Source: Candidatus Shapirobacteria bacterium
Lineage (GTDB): Bacteria; Patescibacteriota; Microgenomatia; UBA12405
Length of the DNA: 64,000 nt
Direction: 5' to 3'
Assembly (NCBI GenBank): GCA_028704635.1
Contig: JAQWFB010000002.1
Span: 64,693 to 128,692 of the forward strand
Under the pieces are notes generated by a model. The model worked only from the letters and a program-made list of their open reading frames with translations, searched no databases and had not been told where the DNA came from. A program made the position numbers and the translations under genes. Below are positions 39,458 through 53,100 of the stretch, one piece after another (positions within the stretch are counted from its first letter, which is position 1; every line of letters begins with the position of its first letter).

Positions 39458-39904
39458 CTATCTAAACGTCACTGTCACCGTTCCATTTAATGGCACCCCA
39501 CCAACCTGTGCCGTTAATTCATACTGTTGGGCCGTGTTCGATGTTAATTCAAAAGTTGCCTTACCCAAGCTATCCGTTGCTCCATCTAACTCTCCTAGCC
39601 CACTCAATTGAACTGATCTACCAACAATACCCTTTCCATCACTATCTAAAACAAAAACATTCACAATACACTTCTCATGACCATCTGCCTTAGCCATCAT
39701 TTTTTGACCAATCAACAAAGAATTCTTAATCGAAACTTTTCGAACCGTACTTGCTTTAGTTAAAGTTACTAATGCCTTGGGAATCACAGATGTTCCTAAA
39801 TAAACCACTGCTGCCATAGCCACTAAAAAACCAATACCACTGTATAATATGTTTTTTTTATCAGCAATCATCTTAATAAATAATAGCACAAAAAAACAAT
39901 ACAA
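39458..39904 (-). CDS. Membrane-anchored Ig-like (Big_1-type) protein (likely start at 39871)
   Basis: TM, then AKADGHEK..VNVFVLDSDGKG, TDSLGKATFELTS; paralog of 27155..27568. Confidence 0.75.
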   Translation of the reverse strand: MYCFFVLLFIKMIADKKNILYSGIGFLVAMAAVVYLGTSVIPKALVTLTKASTVRKVSIKNSLLIGQKMMAKADGHEKCIVNVFVLDSDGKGIVGRSVQLSGLGELDGATDSLGKATFELTSNTAQQYELTAQVGGVPLNGTVTVTFR

Positions 39905-40503
39905 GCACTAAAACCATCCATTTAGCAAAAAACTAGCTTAACTGCTAACCTTTAATAAATTTAAAAACACACCTAAAAACAGGCATATTTAATCTAAAAA
40001 TTAAACCTAAAAATCAAAAAAAATCCCAAAACTAATTTTTTTTCCCAAAAAGGATACAAATTACCTCCCTCTAACTCTTTATATATCAATATAATTCATC
40101 GTATCTTAAGCAAAATTTACTAAAAATTAATTCAATCTTAACTTTTAATTTAAAAAATTTTTATTTTTTTACTAAAAAAATCACTTCCTAATTAGCTTTT
40201 TGAAATCATCTTTGTACCCCTAAAGTATATCATTTAATATCTTTTAGAGTTAACCGCATTTCTCCGCATTAATAAATTTTGTCAGCTCGTATTAAGTTGT
40301 ATTTTGATTTCATTTATACCACATTGATAGTAGGTGCACCACCTGTGTTAACTATCGTGAAACTATTTTTTTTAGAAAAAAAATAAAAAAAATTGAAAAA
40401 CATACTATCAAAACATATCAGAAAAACGTCAAAAACGCCCTATTGACAGGCTTTTTCTAATAGTAGATATTATTATTATATTAATTATTAATATATATAA
40501 ACC

Positions 40504-40632
40504 ATGTATAAATCATATAATTTTGAACCTAAATCATTATCACCGCAAAAAAAATTTAATCTTAATCAGATGGCTGAAAGATTAGTTCCATTTTTAATCA
40601 TTGCTACCACCTTTGTTTGGCTCTGGAAATAG
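40504..40632 (+). CDS. Small ORF (42 aa) with C-terminal hydrophobic helix, first gene of the giant-protein operon
   Basis: Translated by hand: MYKSYNFEPKSLSPQKKFNLNQMAERLVPFLIIATTFVWLWK*. It lies downstream of TTGACA at 40443 and ends 8 nt before ATG 40641. Confidence 0.45.
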   Translation: MYKSYNFEPKSLSPQKKFNLNQMAERLVPFLIIATTFVWLWK

Positions 40633-41099
40633 TCCTTTTTATGACCGCCCCCATCATTGTCTCCTATCAAAACTGGCTCAAATCCAAGTCCTACTCTGAG
40701 GCCACCATTCGCAATTATCTTGCCGACCTCAAAAAATATTTTCTCTTCACTAATTCCAATGTTGATCAAGTCACCGACAAAATTTTCGATCAAGACAACT
40801 TGTCTTCCTATTTCCAAAACATCAACCAAGACTCCAACTACAAACGTTTTCTTGCTTCTCTTTCTAAATTCTTCCAATTTGCCTTAGACCAACACCTAAT
40901 TTCTGTCAATCCTTTCTCCAAAGCCCTTAAAGTTGAACCCGAAATTGATCTCGAAGATGTTATCAAACTATATCAACAACAATTAGAGACCAAAAATTTT
41001 TCTCTTTCGACTATTCGAAACTATATCAATGACATTCATCAATTTATTAATTGGGCACAAAATGAAAGTCGCCCTGTTAAGGAAGATGTCACTAAGTGA
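40617..41099 (+). CDS. Phage integrase/Xer N-terminal core-binding (SAM-like) domain protein, no catalytic domain (likely start at ATG 40641)
   Basis: YQNWLKSKSYSEATIRNYLADL..KRFLASLSKFFQFA..NPF, then a second half-domain LETKNFSLSTIRNYINDIHQFINW; no R-H-R-Y catalytic region. Confidence 0.8.
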   Translation: MALEIVLFMTAPIIVSYQNWLKSKSYSEATIRNYLADLKKYFLFTNSNVDQVTDKIFDQDNLSSYFQNINQDSNYKRFLASLSKFFQFALDQHLISVNPFSKALKVEPEIDLEDVIKLYQQQLETKNFSLSTIRNYINDIHQFINWAQNESRPVKEDVTK

Positions 41100-41109
41100 C
41101 AGAGGGTTT
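41068..41109 (+). repeat. Family-2 palindrome containing the stop codon of the 40617 ORF
   Basis: gtcgccctgttaaggaagatgtcactaagtgacagagggttt matches the copies at 59676 and 59838. Confidence 0.75.
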
Positions 41110-41114
41110 ATTCA

Positions 41115-44100
41115 ATGGATTTAAATAAATTATTTAATCAATCCAGGTTTAACGAATACGCTGCTTTTCTAAAAAGCACCAATCTTTCTGATGCCAGCAT
41201 CCAACGTAAACTTTCTTCTCTTGCCTCTTTTCAAAAATTTCTGATTAAGAAAAAATATGTCTCTTTCGTAGAGACGCACGATCGCGCGTCTCTACTTTCA
41301 ATAAGCGAACATGCCGATTCACTCATACCAAAAACCTCACTTTTTTCCAATCTAAAATCAAAAATAAAATTACCACCCGTCATTGACGATTTACGATCAA
41401 ATTTTCTCTTTCGCTACATAGTTATCTTTTCTCTTTTTGCTATTAGTGCCGGTTTAGGTTTTACTCTTTATCGCCAAGCTGTTCTTCAATCACAACAAAA
41501 TCTCGCTTATTCCACTGCCTCAGCCATGATTACCGGTGGCCGCTTTTTATCTTTTCAGGGTCGTTTAACCGACACCGCCGGTAATCCTATAATATCTTCG
41601 ACAAGTATAGTTTTTAAACTATATCCATCAGTCGGATCTGGTACTACTCTATACACTTCTCAAACCGGTAACAGTCAAACCGTCGTTCCAGATGAGAATG
41701 GTATTTTCTCTGTTACTATCGGTAGAAGCCATGGTACCACTATTCCTTCCTCTGTCTTTACTGAAAATGCCGAAGTCTGGTTAGAAATCACTGCTGGGGG
41801 TGAAACAATGAATCCCCGTCAACAAATTGCTACCGTTGGTTACGCTTTAAATTCAGAAACTTTACAAGGCCTTCCCCCATCTGCTAGCGGTACCAAAAAC
41901 ACAGTGCTAGTTATTGATGGTTTAGGTAATCTTAACCTTGGAGAAACCTCTCCTACTATTAAATCAACTTCTGGCACTCTCGGTATCGAGGGTCAAGCTG
42001 TTCTAATTAAAGCTTCTGATGGTTCCGGCGGTAATATTACCATCAACCCAGATAGTAATGGCGTTATTAACTTAATCACTGAGGGTACTGGTGCCACTGG
42101 TTTTATCAATGCTACTAATGCCAACCTTGCTTCTGGTAATTTATTTAATGCCACCATAAATAATCTTAATCGTGGCTACAATTTCATTAATTTCAGCAAT
42201 TATAGTGTTGGCACTAGTATTGTTTCCCGTTTTTCAGTTGATGCCTACGGCAACACCATTATTGGTAATAATTTAACTATCGGAGGCACATTTGTATCAG
42301 TTGGATCTACTAATTTGGTTACTAAACTAAACTCTGATCTACTTGATGGTCATCATTCTTCATATTTCCTTAGCGTTGGTGATACTGGATCACTTCCTTA
42401 TGTCAACGATGCTACCAACACTACCCTTACTCGATCTGGCACTTCTGGTCCTTATACCCTAGGTCTTAATCTTAATAATACTAACACTTGGACGGCTATT
42501 CAAAATTTAAGTGCTGGTGCCACTATCTCCAACTTATCTGTTGGTGGTACTTTTATTTCAGTTGGTTCTACTAATTTAGTTACTAATCTTAATGCTGATT
42601 TATTAGATGGTAATAATTCCACTTATTTTGTCAATATTGGCCAAACTGGTAATTTTATTACTACTATTACCGGTGTTGGTATTTCTGTCTCCCCTACCTC
42701 TGGTACCAGTAGAACACTTACTAACATGGGCATTATGAATGCTACTAATGGAACTTTAACCAGATCTGGTTCCATTGGTTCTTATACTTTAGGATTAAAT
42801 CTCAACAACTCTAACACTTGGACGGCTATTCAAAATTTAAGTGCTGGTGCCACTATCTCCAACTTATCTGTTGGTGGTACTTTTATTTCAGTTGGTTCTA
42901 CTAATTTAGTTACTAATCTTAATGCTGATTATTTAAACGGTCTTCCTTCTAGTAGTTTTGTTGGTATTGGTTCCACTGGTAATTTCATCACTAATTTAAC
43001 CAATGGAGTTGGTATCACCATCACTGGTTCTGGTTCTTCTCGTAATATTGCTTTTGATTATGGTGCTTCCTTGTTAGCTACTGGCAATAAGATTGGGCTA
43101 AATTTTGGATCAATTAATACTTGGACGGCTAAACAAACTTTTGGCAACGCTGCTATTGGTGGAACTTTAGCCTTAACCCAAGGAGCTCAAGATGGTTATA
43201 TTTTAACCAGCGATGCCAGTGGTAATTCTTATTGGGCACCCAACACTGGCGTCGGAACAATCTATTTTGCTGGCAGTGGTTTAACTCTAACTGGTACTAC
43301 TTTTAAGCTTGGCGGTGCCCTTACTGAAAATGCTAATTTAACCATCGGTAACACTTCTGCTTTCTTTATCAATTCCACCACCGGCAACGTCGGCATTGGC
43401 ACCACTAACCCAAATAGGGCATTAGAAATTATGAAACAAGTTGATGGTGAAGTTCAATTAAGATTAGGTAATGGTCCAACTACATTTTGGGATTTAGGCA
43501 GAGATGGTTCAGACGGATATTTTAATATTAAAGATCAAAACGGAGCTAAAAGATTAGTTATAAACGATATTTCTGGCAACGTCGGCATTGGCACCACCAA
43601 TCCAACTTCAAAATTAACAGTTGCTGGTAATGTCAATATTTCCACCTCTCTCAATGTCGGCACCTCTCTTGTTGTCGGAACCAGCATTGAATTAAGCAGC
43701 AGCGGTAATAGATCTCTCAGTTATTACGACTCATCCACTAACGGTTATTTCACTCAAATGCAAACCACTGCCACTGGCGGTTATGGAACTTATGGCCCAG
43801 TTTCTGGTGACTGGGCTCTTTATAATCGATTTAGCGGTGCCAACACTCGTGGTTGGATTTGGCAACTTGGCACTGTCAATGTCGCTGGACTAAATGGCAA
43901 AGGTGATTTTCAAAACGCTGGTAATTTAACAGTCGGTGGCACTCTAAGTATTGGTTCTGTTCCAACTGCTTCAGATAATAATACTGTCTTAACTAGTGTT
44001 GGTGGAGTTGTTAGTTCAATTAATACTTCTGCTTGGGATAAAAATGCTTCAGATGATTTAACCACTTCTACCAATCTCTTTGTTATTAAAGCAGATAGTG

Positions 44101-47100
44101 GTACAGCCGAAACTCTCAATGTTGGTAACACTATTAACTTTGTTGGTGGTCTGGGATTAGGTTCTACCGTATCCGCTACTGACACTATTACCTTTAATAT
44201 TGGTTCTTCTGCTGGTATCTCTGTTAATACTGATACCATTGGTATCAATATTGGTCTTACTGGTTTAGGTTTCTCTGGTACTAAATTAATTAATACTGGT
44301 TTAGTTGGTGTTAGTAATAGCACTCTTACTCGTATTGGCAGTAATGGCAATTACACTGTTGGACTTAATTTAGCTAACATTAATACTTGGACAGCACTAC
44401 AAACATTTGGCAATGCTACTGTCGGTGGAACGTTAACCATGACTGGTACTAATGTTGGCACTGGTACTACTGCTTTATTTATCGCTTCCAATGGTACTGT
44501 TACTAAAAGAGCTTTAGGTACTATGGCTTTTGACTCTGGCACCTACGACAATTACAATCATTGGAAATTACAAACTAATAGTAATGGCACCACCAATGTT
44601 TTAACTGGTAATACTGTCAATTTTATTAATGGTATTGGCATCTCTTTAGTTCAATCTGGTTCTACTATTACTGTCAACAATATTGGTACTGGTACCACTT
44701 ATGCTGCTGGCGTTGGTTTAAGTTTAAGTTCATCAAATATATTTAGTATTGATTATGATTCCACCCTTGATTTGAATGGTAATAAAATTAGCCTTAATAC
44801 CGGTAACGCCAACACTTGGACAGGATTACAAACATTTAATGCTACTGGTGCTCCTTTTGCTGTTGGATCTAGTGTTTTAGTCACTAATCTTAATGCTCAA
44901 TATCTTAATGGTATTTCTTCTAATGGTTTTGTTGGTATTGGCCAAACTGGTAATTTTATTACTACTATTACCGGTGTTGGTATTTCTGTCTCCCCTACCT
45001 CTGGTACCAGTAGAACACTTACTAACATGGGCATTATGAATGCTACTAATGGAACTTTAACCAGATCTGGTTCCATTGGTTCTTATACTTTAGGATTAAA
45101 TCTTGGATCAAATAATAGCTGGTCTAATGGTATTGGTGTTAGTGGAACAACTAATCTAACCAATGCTTTAAATGTTGGTGGAACAGTCTACTTTGGTAGT
45201 TACGTTGGGATTGGAACAGCTAGCCCAAACAAACAACTTCAAATTGGATCCGCTGCTAATAATTCTTCTATTTATAACGATTATATTGGCAGTATAAATA
45301 ATATGGTTTTGGAATCCAGAGATAGTAATGACAGTGGTGCTTTTGTTTTCAGATCTAATAGCGATGTGGGTACTTCTGATTTAGTTCAAATCACTCGTCT
45401 CGGTTATGTCGGTATCGGAACCACCGCTCCAGGCTACAAACTTGATGTTTCTGGCACCGGTCGTTTTACTTCTAATTTAACAGTTGGTGGCACTTTAGCA
45501 CTAACTCAAGGTGCTGCTAATGGCTATATCCTTACTTCTGACACTAGTGGTAATGCTAAATGGTTACCTAATACAGGTATCGGTACCACTTATGCTGCTG
45601 GTGTTGGTTTAAGTTTAAGTTCATCAAATATATTTAGTATTGATTATGATTCCACCCTTGATTTGAATGGTAATAAAATTAGCCTTAATACCGGTAACGC
45701 CAATACTTGGACAGGATTACAAACATTTAATGCTACTGGTGCTCCTTTTGCTGTTGGATCAAATACTCTTGTAACTAATCTTAATGCTCAATATCTTAAT
45801 GGTATTTCTTCTAATGGTTTTGTTGGTATTGGCCAAACTGGTAATTTTATTACTACTCTAACTGCTGGCACCGACATCTCTATCACTGGTTCTGGTGTTG
45901 GTCGAACCATTAATGACACTTCTACTTTATCCACTGTTACTGGACGAGGATCTTCTACTTCTACTATGCTTTCTCTTCTTGGTGGAGCTTACTTTGGCAC
46001 TGCTGGTGCTACTCAAGGTGTTTGGAAGGCTAATGGTACGGTTGGGATTGGAACAACTAATCCTATATACGGTAAAGTAGAAATAACCACCACTGCTTCC
46101 AATACTGGTGGTTTAAGCCTTTATCGAGGCACTGGTAGCACTGCTAGATCTTGGATTACTTCCAATGATGTTTGGTTGATGCAAAGATCAACGAATGATA
46201 ATGCTGGTATTGCTATTGATGCTTCCGGTTATGTCGGTATCGGCACCACCGCTCCAGGATACCGATTAGACGTTTCTGGTACCGGTCGTTTTACTTCTAA
46301 TTTAACTGTCGGTGGTACAGTTTCTTTAACCGGTACTAATGTTGGCACTGGTACTACTGCTTTATTTATCGCTTCCAATGGTACTGTTACTAAAAGAGCT
46401 TTAGGTACTATGGCTTTTGACAGTGGCACCTACGACAATTACAACCATTGGAAATTACAAACTAATAGTAATGGCACCACTAATGTTTTAACTGGTAATA
46501 CTGTCAATTTTATTAATGGTATTGGCATCTCTTTAGTTCAATCTGGTTCTACTATTACTGTCAACAATGTTGGTGCTGGTACCACTTATGCTGCTGGTGT
46601 TGGTTTAAGTTTAAGTTCAAGTAGTGTTTTTAGTATCAATTTTGGCTCTGCCAACACTTGGACAGGATTACAAACATTTAATGCTACTGGTGCTCCTTTT
46701 GCTGTTGGATCTAGTGTTTTAGTCACTAATCTTAATGCTCAATATCTTAATGGTATTTCTTCTAATGGTTTTGTTGGTATTGGCCAAACTGGTAATTTTA
46801 TTACTACTATTACCGGTGTTGGTATTTCTGTCTCCCCTACCTCTGGTACCAGTAGAACACTTACTAACATGGGCATTATGAATGCTACTAATGGAACTTT
46901 AACCAGATCTGGTTCCATTGGTTCTTATACTTTAGGATTAAATCTTGGATCAAATAATAGCTGGTCTAATGGTATTGGTGTTAGTGGAACAACTAATCTA
47001 ACCAATGCTTTAAATGTTGGTGGAACAGCCTACTTTGGTAGTTACGTTGGGATTGGAACAGCTAGCCCAAGTTCCAAATTAGATGTCGCTGGAGCCATCT

Positions 47101-50100
47101 CTTTAATCCAAAATTATCCATTAATTATGAAAAGTGCCTCTGGAACCTACGGTGGCGCTATTCGATATGACACTCTTGGTGGAGAATTTATGACCATGGC
47201 CACTAAAAATTCTGCTTCAAAATTATTATTTGCCACCGGTTTTGATCTTACCGCCAGCCAAGGTTCTAGCAATATTCTTCCTACCACTGTTGGCCTAGCT
47301 ATTTACAACAATAATGTCGGCATCGGCACAACTAATCCAACTTCAAAATTAACAGTTGCTGGTAATGGTAATTTCACTGGCAATCTCTCTGTTGGTGGAA
47401 CAGTCACTCTCTCATCCTCTGTTGCCTCTAATACTAGTGACACCACTGCTTTAATGATTAATGGTAGTAATGTAGTTACCAAAAGAACTCTTGGTGATCT
47501 AGCTTTTCAAAATAATGCTTCTCTTGGTTGGATTGCTAAAACAGCTTCAGGTAACTTAACAATTGGCACTGGTACTACTCTTAACTTCACTGGTATTAAT
47601 GGTTTAACCACTGCCAATGTTGGTTCTTCTCAAATTACTTTTAGTTTAGGTGGTTTCCTTTCTCAAAATACTGATATTGGTTTCTCTGGTTTCTCTCTTA
47701 GTTTTTCTGATGGTGGTAATACTTTAGTTTCATTTTCTTCTACTGGTAATACTTTCTATAATCCAACTACCTTTACTTCTAGTGGTGATGTATCTATTGC
47801 TTATGATTTGAATTTTACTAATTCAAATAATTCAAATATTAATACTGCTGGTCCTTTCTCTATTAATGCTGGTGAAGTCTTTAATTCTAGTAATTTAACT
47901 CTCCAAACTTATAACTCTGGAAAAATAATTCTTAATTCTAGTAATCTTTACACTGATGGCACCTATTTCGGTATTGGTACTACCAATCCAACCAGCACTC
48001 TTAGTGTTAATGGTAATGCTGATATTAATAATTTAGTTATTGATGGCACTTCTGGCACTGGATTAAATATCTCTAATAACAGTCTTACCACAGATATTAG
48101 TCTTCAGAATGGTGAAACTATTGATAATGACACTAATGGAAGAATTAACTTCTCTATTAGTGATCTTTATCTTAATAGTAGTATTTTCTTAACTTCAACT
48201 AGATTATTCCAAGCTGGTAATGGTACCGTTACCACTCCCGCTTATTCCTTCTCTTCTGACACTAATACTGGCATATACCGTATTGGTGAAGATAATATTG
48301 GTGTTGGTACTAGCGGAATTTTACGTCTTACTGTAGCTGGTAATGGTAATGTTGGTATTACTAAAAATCTTAATGTGGGTGGCACCTTAACCACCACTAC
48401 TCTTAAAGCTACCAATGCTCAAGATACAACCAAAGTTACTAATTTAAATGCTGACTTGTTAGATGGTAATGATTCCAGTGTTTTTACCACTCATAATGAA
48501 GTGACTGATTTAGGAACAGTTACTTTTTCCTCAGGTTCAGCTGTTACCACTGCCACCTTTATTACTGAATTAGAAAACAAAGGTGCTTTTGATAATTATC
48601 ACAGTATAATGAAAGCTAGTTGGGATTATTCCGGCAATAGCGATATTACTGACACTGGTTTCGGAACTTTCGAATTAGCAGGATGTGTTGTTGAAACTTG
48701 GACAGATGATTCAAGCGATGTCACTAGAGGTAATATCACTGTTCGAATCACTAGACCAACTACTGGATCAGGAGGAGGTCAAATTTTGGTTTATAACGAC
48801 CAAGGATCAACCTATAGTCCCGGGTGGAGACAAATTTGGAATTCTAGTACTGACGGTTCCGGTTCTGGCCTTGATGCTGATTTATTAGACGGTCTTCATT
48901 CAACTGCTTTTGAAGTCCCATTAACCTTTACTAATGGTTTAACCAGAAGCAGTAATGATGTTCATTTTGGTGGTGCTCTTACTGAAAATACCAGATTAAA
49001 CATTGGCAATACCGAAGTTATGTTCTTCAAATATGCTAATGGCAATGTCGGTATCGGAACGACTAACCCATTAGCCAAATTAAATGTTTATGGTCAAAGT
49101 TTATTTGGAACTACTAGAACCGGAGTTGGAGCTGCCAGTTCTGTTATAAATTTAGGGTCAGATGAATATATTAATTTCGCATGGAGTACGAGTTACCCAA
49201 CTGGTAATTATCATAGAATTGGTAAAGATAGAACTTTTGATAATTATGCTCTATCCTATATTTCTACCGGAGCCGACGCCACTACTAATCTAGCACATGT
49301 ATTCCGAACCACCAACACTGATTCAGCATTAGCAATTACGGCTGGTGGTAATATTGGTATCGGTACCACCGCTCCAGGCTACAAACTTGATGTTTCTGGT
49401 ACCGGTCGTTTTACTTCTAATTTAACAGTCGGTGGCACTTTAGCACTAACCCAAGGTGCTGCTAATGGTTATATTTTACAATCCGATGCTAATGGTAACG
49501 CTAAATGGATTGTTCCCTATGGTGTTGGTGGTACTAATAGTCTTTCTGCTGGTACTGATATTTCTATTACTTCTGTTGGTATTGGTCGAACCATCAACAA
49601 CACTTCTACTTTATCCACTGTTACTGGACGAGGATCTTCTACTTCTACTATGCTTTCTCTTCTTGGTGGAGCTTACTTTGGTACTGCTGGTGCTACTCAA
49701 GGTGTGTGGAAAGCTAATGGAACAGTGGGAATTGGGACTACTAATCCAAGCGGTGGAAAACTTCAAATATTTGGAGAAGGTGCAGCTAATGGTTTAAGTA
49801 TTTATAACGGCACCGGTGACACACTCAGATTATACCGAGTCAATAACGTAGGTATTCTAAGCAGAGGCGGAGTCGATACTGCCGGAATTGCCATTAATGT
49901 TTCTGGCAACGTCGGCATCGGTACAACTAATCCAGGAGTAAAATTAACAGTCACTAGGGGAGGGGCAATTTATGACGCCGCTCCAACCCTCGGCAGTGGC
50001 ACTGTTGGAGTATTTTCACTACTCTCTGGTAATGGTCTTTATGGGTTGTATAGCGGTATTTCCTCAAACGGCGACACCTGGCTTCAAAGTCAGAGGAATG

Positions 50101-53100
50101 ACGCCACTACTGCTGCATATAATATATTACTTAATCCCAGTGGTGGTAATATCGGCATCGGCACAACTAATCCTCTTTATAAGCTTCACGTTTCTGGTGA
50201 TGCTTTAATTTCAACTCGATTAGGTATTGGAGTTACCAATGCTTCTTATGCGTTAAATGTTTCTGGTAATGGTAATATTACTGGCAAATTAAACATTGGT
50301 ACCACCACTACCACCACTTCTCTTAATTTAACTAATACGGCAGTTGGTGGTTCTTCTATTGCTGCTTTCTTAAGTGGTAATAGTGGTTTAATTGGTTACA
50401 TCAGTACAGTTGGTTGGGATAAGAATACCGCTGATGATTACACCTCTTGGACACTTCAAGCCGATGGTGCTAACGGTTCTTCGATTACCTCTGGGTCTAC
50501 AGTTAATTTCGCTCATGGCACTAATATCAGTTTAGTTAAATCTGGTAATACCATTACTATTAATAATACTGCTTCTCCTTACACTGCTTCTAATGGTTTA
50601 TCTTTGGTTGGTCAAGATATTAGACTTGGCGGCACCTTAACTCAAAATACCGATATTGGTTTCTCTGGTTTCTCTCTTAGTTTTTCTGATGGTGGTAATA
50701 CTTTAGTTTCATTTTCTTCTACTGGTAATACTTTCTATAATCCAACTACCTTTACTTCTAGTGGTGATATATCTATTGCTTATGATTTGAATTTTACTAA
50801 TTCCACTGCTTCTTATATTCGATCTCAAGCTCCTCTATATATTCAAACAGAAAGTCCATATGCTAATTTAGATCTTAACTTAACTGCTGCTAATGCCGGC
50901 CAAATCTATTTAAATTCAAATGTTCAGGCTATGGCTAATTTAACTGTTGGTGGTACCTTCACCTCAGTTGGTTCCACTAATTTAGTCACTAATCTTAATG
51001 CTCAATATCTTAATGGCATTTCTTCTAATGGTTTTGTTGGTATTGGCCAAACTGGTAATTTCATTACTACACTTACCAACGGCACTGATATTAATATCAC
51101 TGGTTCTGGGACTAGTAGAACTATTAATAATACTTCTACCTTATCCACTGTTACTGGACGAGGATCTTCTACTTCTACTATGCTTTCTCTTCTTGGTGGA
51201 GCTTACTTTGGCACTGCTGGTGCTACTCAAGGTGTTTGGAAGGCTAATGGTACAGTTGGAATTGGGACGACTGCTCCAGGATACAAACTGGATATAATCA
51301 ATAATTCAGCCACTCAATTACGAGTCGCATCAGGCGTAGGGCAATTGCAAGGTGGAATTAGATTTGGAAATTACGATGCAACTCAAACCGCTGATATTTT
51401 ATTTACAGCCTCAGGACAAAACAGTTTAGATATTAGAACAAATTATAGTAGTACAAGCAATAAGATTACATTAAGCCCAGGCACTGTCACAGCAATGACT
51501 TTATTGGGCTCCGGTTATGTCGGTATCGGTATTAATCCACTCTATAAACTTCATGTGTCTGGTGATGCTTTAATCTCTACTCGATTAGGCATTGGAGCCA
51601 CTAATGCCAATTTTGCTTTAAATGTTGTTGGTAATGGTAATTTCACCGACTCTTTAAGTGTTGGAAAAACCTTAACCACCACCACCCTTAAAGCTACTAA
51701 TGCTCAAGACACTACCGTTATTACTAATTTAAATGCTGATTATTTAGATGCCCAAAATGGAAGTTATTATGACCAGCGAGTCTACACTAGCACTAATAAT
51801 TATTTAGGTGGTTATTATGTTAGTGGTGGAAGCGAAAAACCAAATAATACTATTTTTGGTGCTGGAAAATTAAAGCTAGCCATGTTGTCGGGTACTAATC
51901 TTGGTTTTGGTGGTAGCTGGAACGATGTTTTATGGTTAAGTTCTTATACCGGCGGTGATGTTAAAGGAAGTTACGCCATCATTGCCGACAAATATTCTGA
52001 TAATCTTTATTTCTCTAGACAAGACTATGATAGTGGTACTTGGGGCACAGGTAATAAATTATGGCATTCTAATAATGATGGTATCGGTTCTAGCCTTAAT
52101 GCTGATTTATTAGATGGTCTTCATGCATCTGCTTTTCTAACTACTCTAACTGGTGGCACCGACATCTCTATCACTGGTTCTGGTGTTGGTCGAACCATTA
52201 ATGACACTTCTACTTTATCCACTGTTACTGGACGAGGATCTTCTACTTCTACTATGCTTTCTCTTCTTGGTGGAGCTTACTTTGGCACTGCTGGTGCTAC
52301 TCAAGGTGTTTGGAAGGCTAATGGTACAGTTGGGATTGGAACCACCAATCCTCTTCAAAAGCTTCAAGTCGCCGGAGATATTAATATAGAAAGTGGATCT
52401 GGAATAAGAATTAATAACACTGCTACTTCTGGGTATTATCTCCGAGGCAATGGCACTAGATTTGTTTCTTCAGGTATCCAAGCCGCAGATGTTCCAACAT
52501 TAAACCAAGACACTACCGGTTCTGCAGGCACATTATCACGCGAAGACAACCGAACTATTTCACCAAGTGAATTAACTGCTGGAAAATTAAAATTCGGTTT
52601 CACTTCCTACACCAATAACGATACCGGCCCTTATGCAGACTTCTTACATTTTAGATCCTATACTGATGCTACAGGTGGTAATGACAACCTTTTAGTCTTA
52701 AACAAGACTGATTTTGGCATGAGGTTATACCAACAAACTTGGGGCAGTGCTTCTGCATATTCTACTTACAAAGATATAGCCTTAGTCGATAACGGTGCAG
52801 CTTTAAATTATCTTCCAAAATTTTCTGGAGTTGGCACTAATGTGAGAGTAACCAATTCCTCAATCTTCGACAATGGCAACGTCGGCATTGGCACTACTAA
52901 TCCAAGTTATAAACTAGACATTCAAAATACTAGTACTAGTATGGCTGTTAATATAGGATCGGTAGCTCAAACTCTATACAGCGATCTAGTTTTACACACC
53001 AATGGTGGTTCTGGTGAAATATTTAAAGCTGGTTCCGCTTACACTTCTTGGGGTGGTCCCTCATCTCTTAATATTTATAACAGCTCTGGCCCAATTGCTT

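Noticed and set aside
40326-40356. dif-like site (ctgtgttaact resembles a XerD arm) within a small hairpin upstream of the core-binding-domain gene
   Set aside because: The left arm and the inner ATAA-N6-TTAT symmetry of dif are missing. It may still be an operator, but I cannot support that.
41097-41099. Genome-wide UGA recoding (code 25) explaining the split gene
   Set aside because: ruvA, murB, mreB and comEA end at TGA at the expected positions, and long ORFs contain no internal TGA.
40617-41099. Prophage or integrative element integrase
   Set aside because: No catalytic domain, no att duplication, and no phage structural or replication genes.
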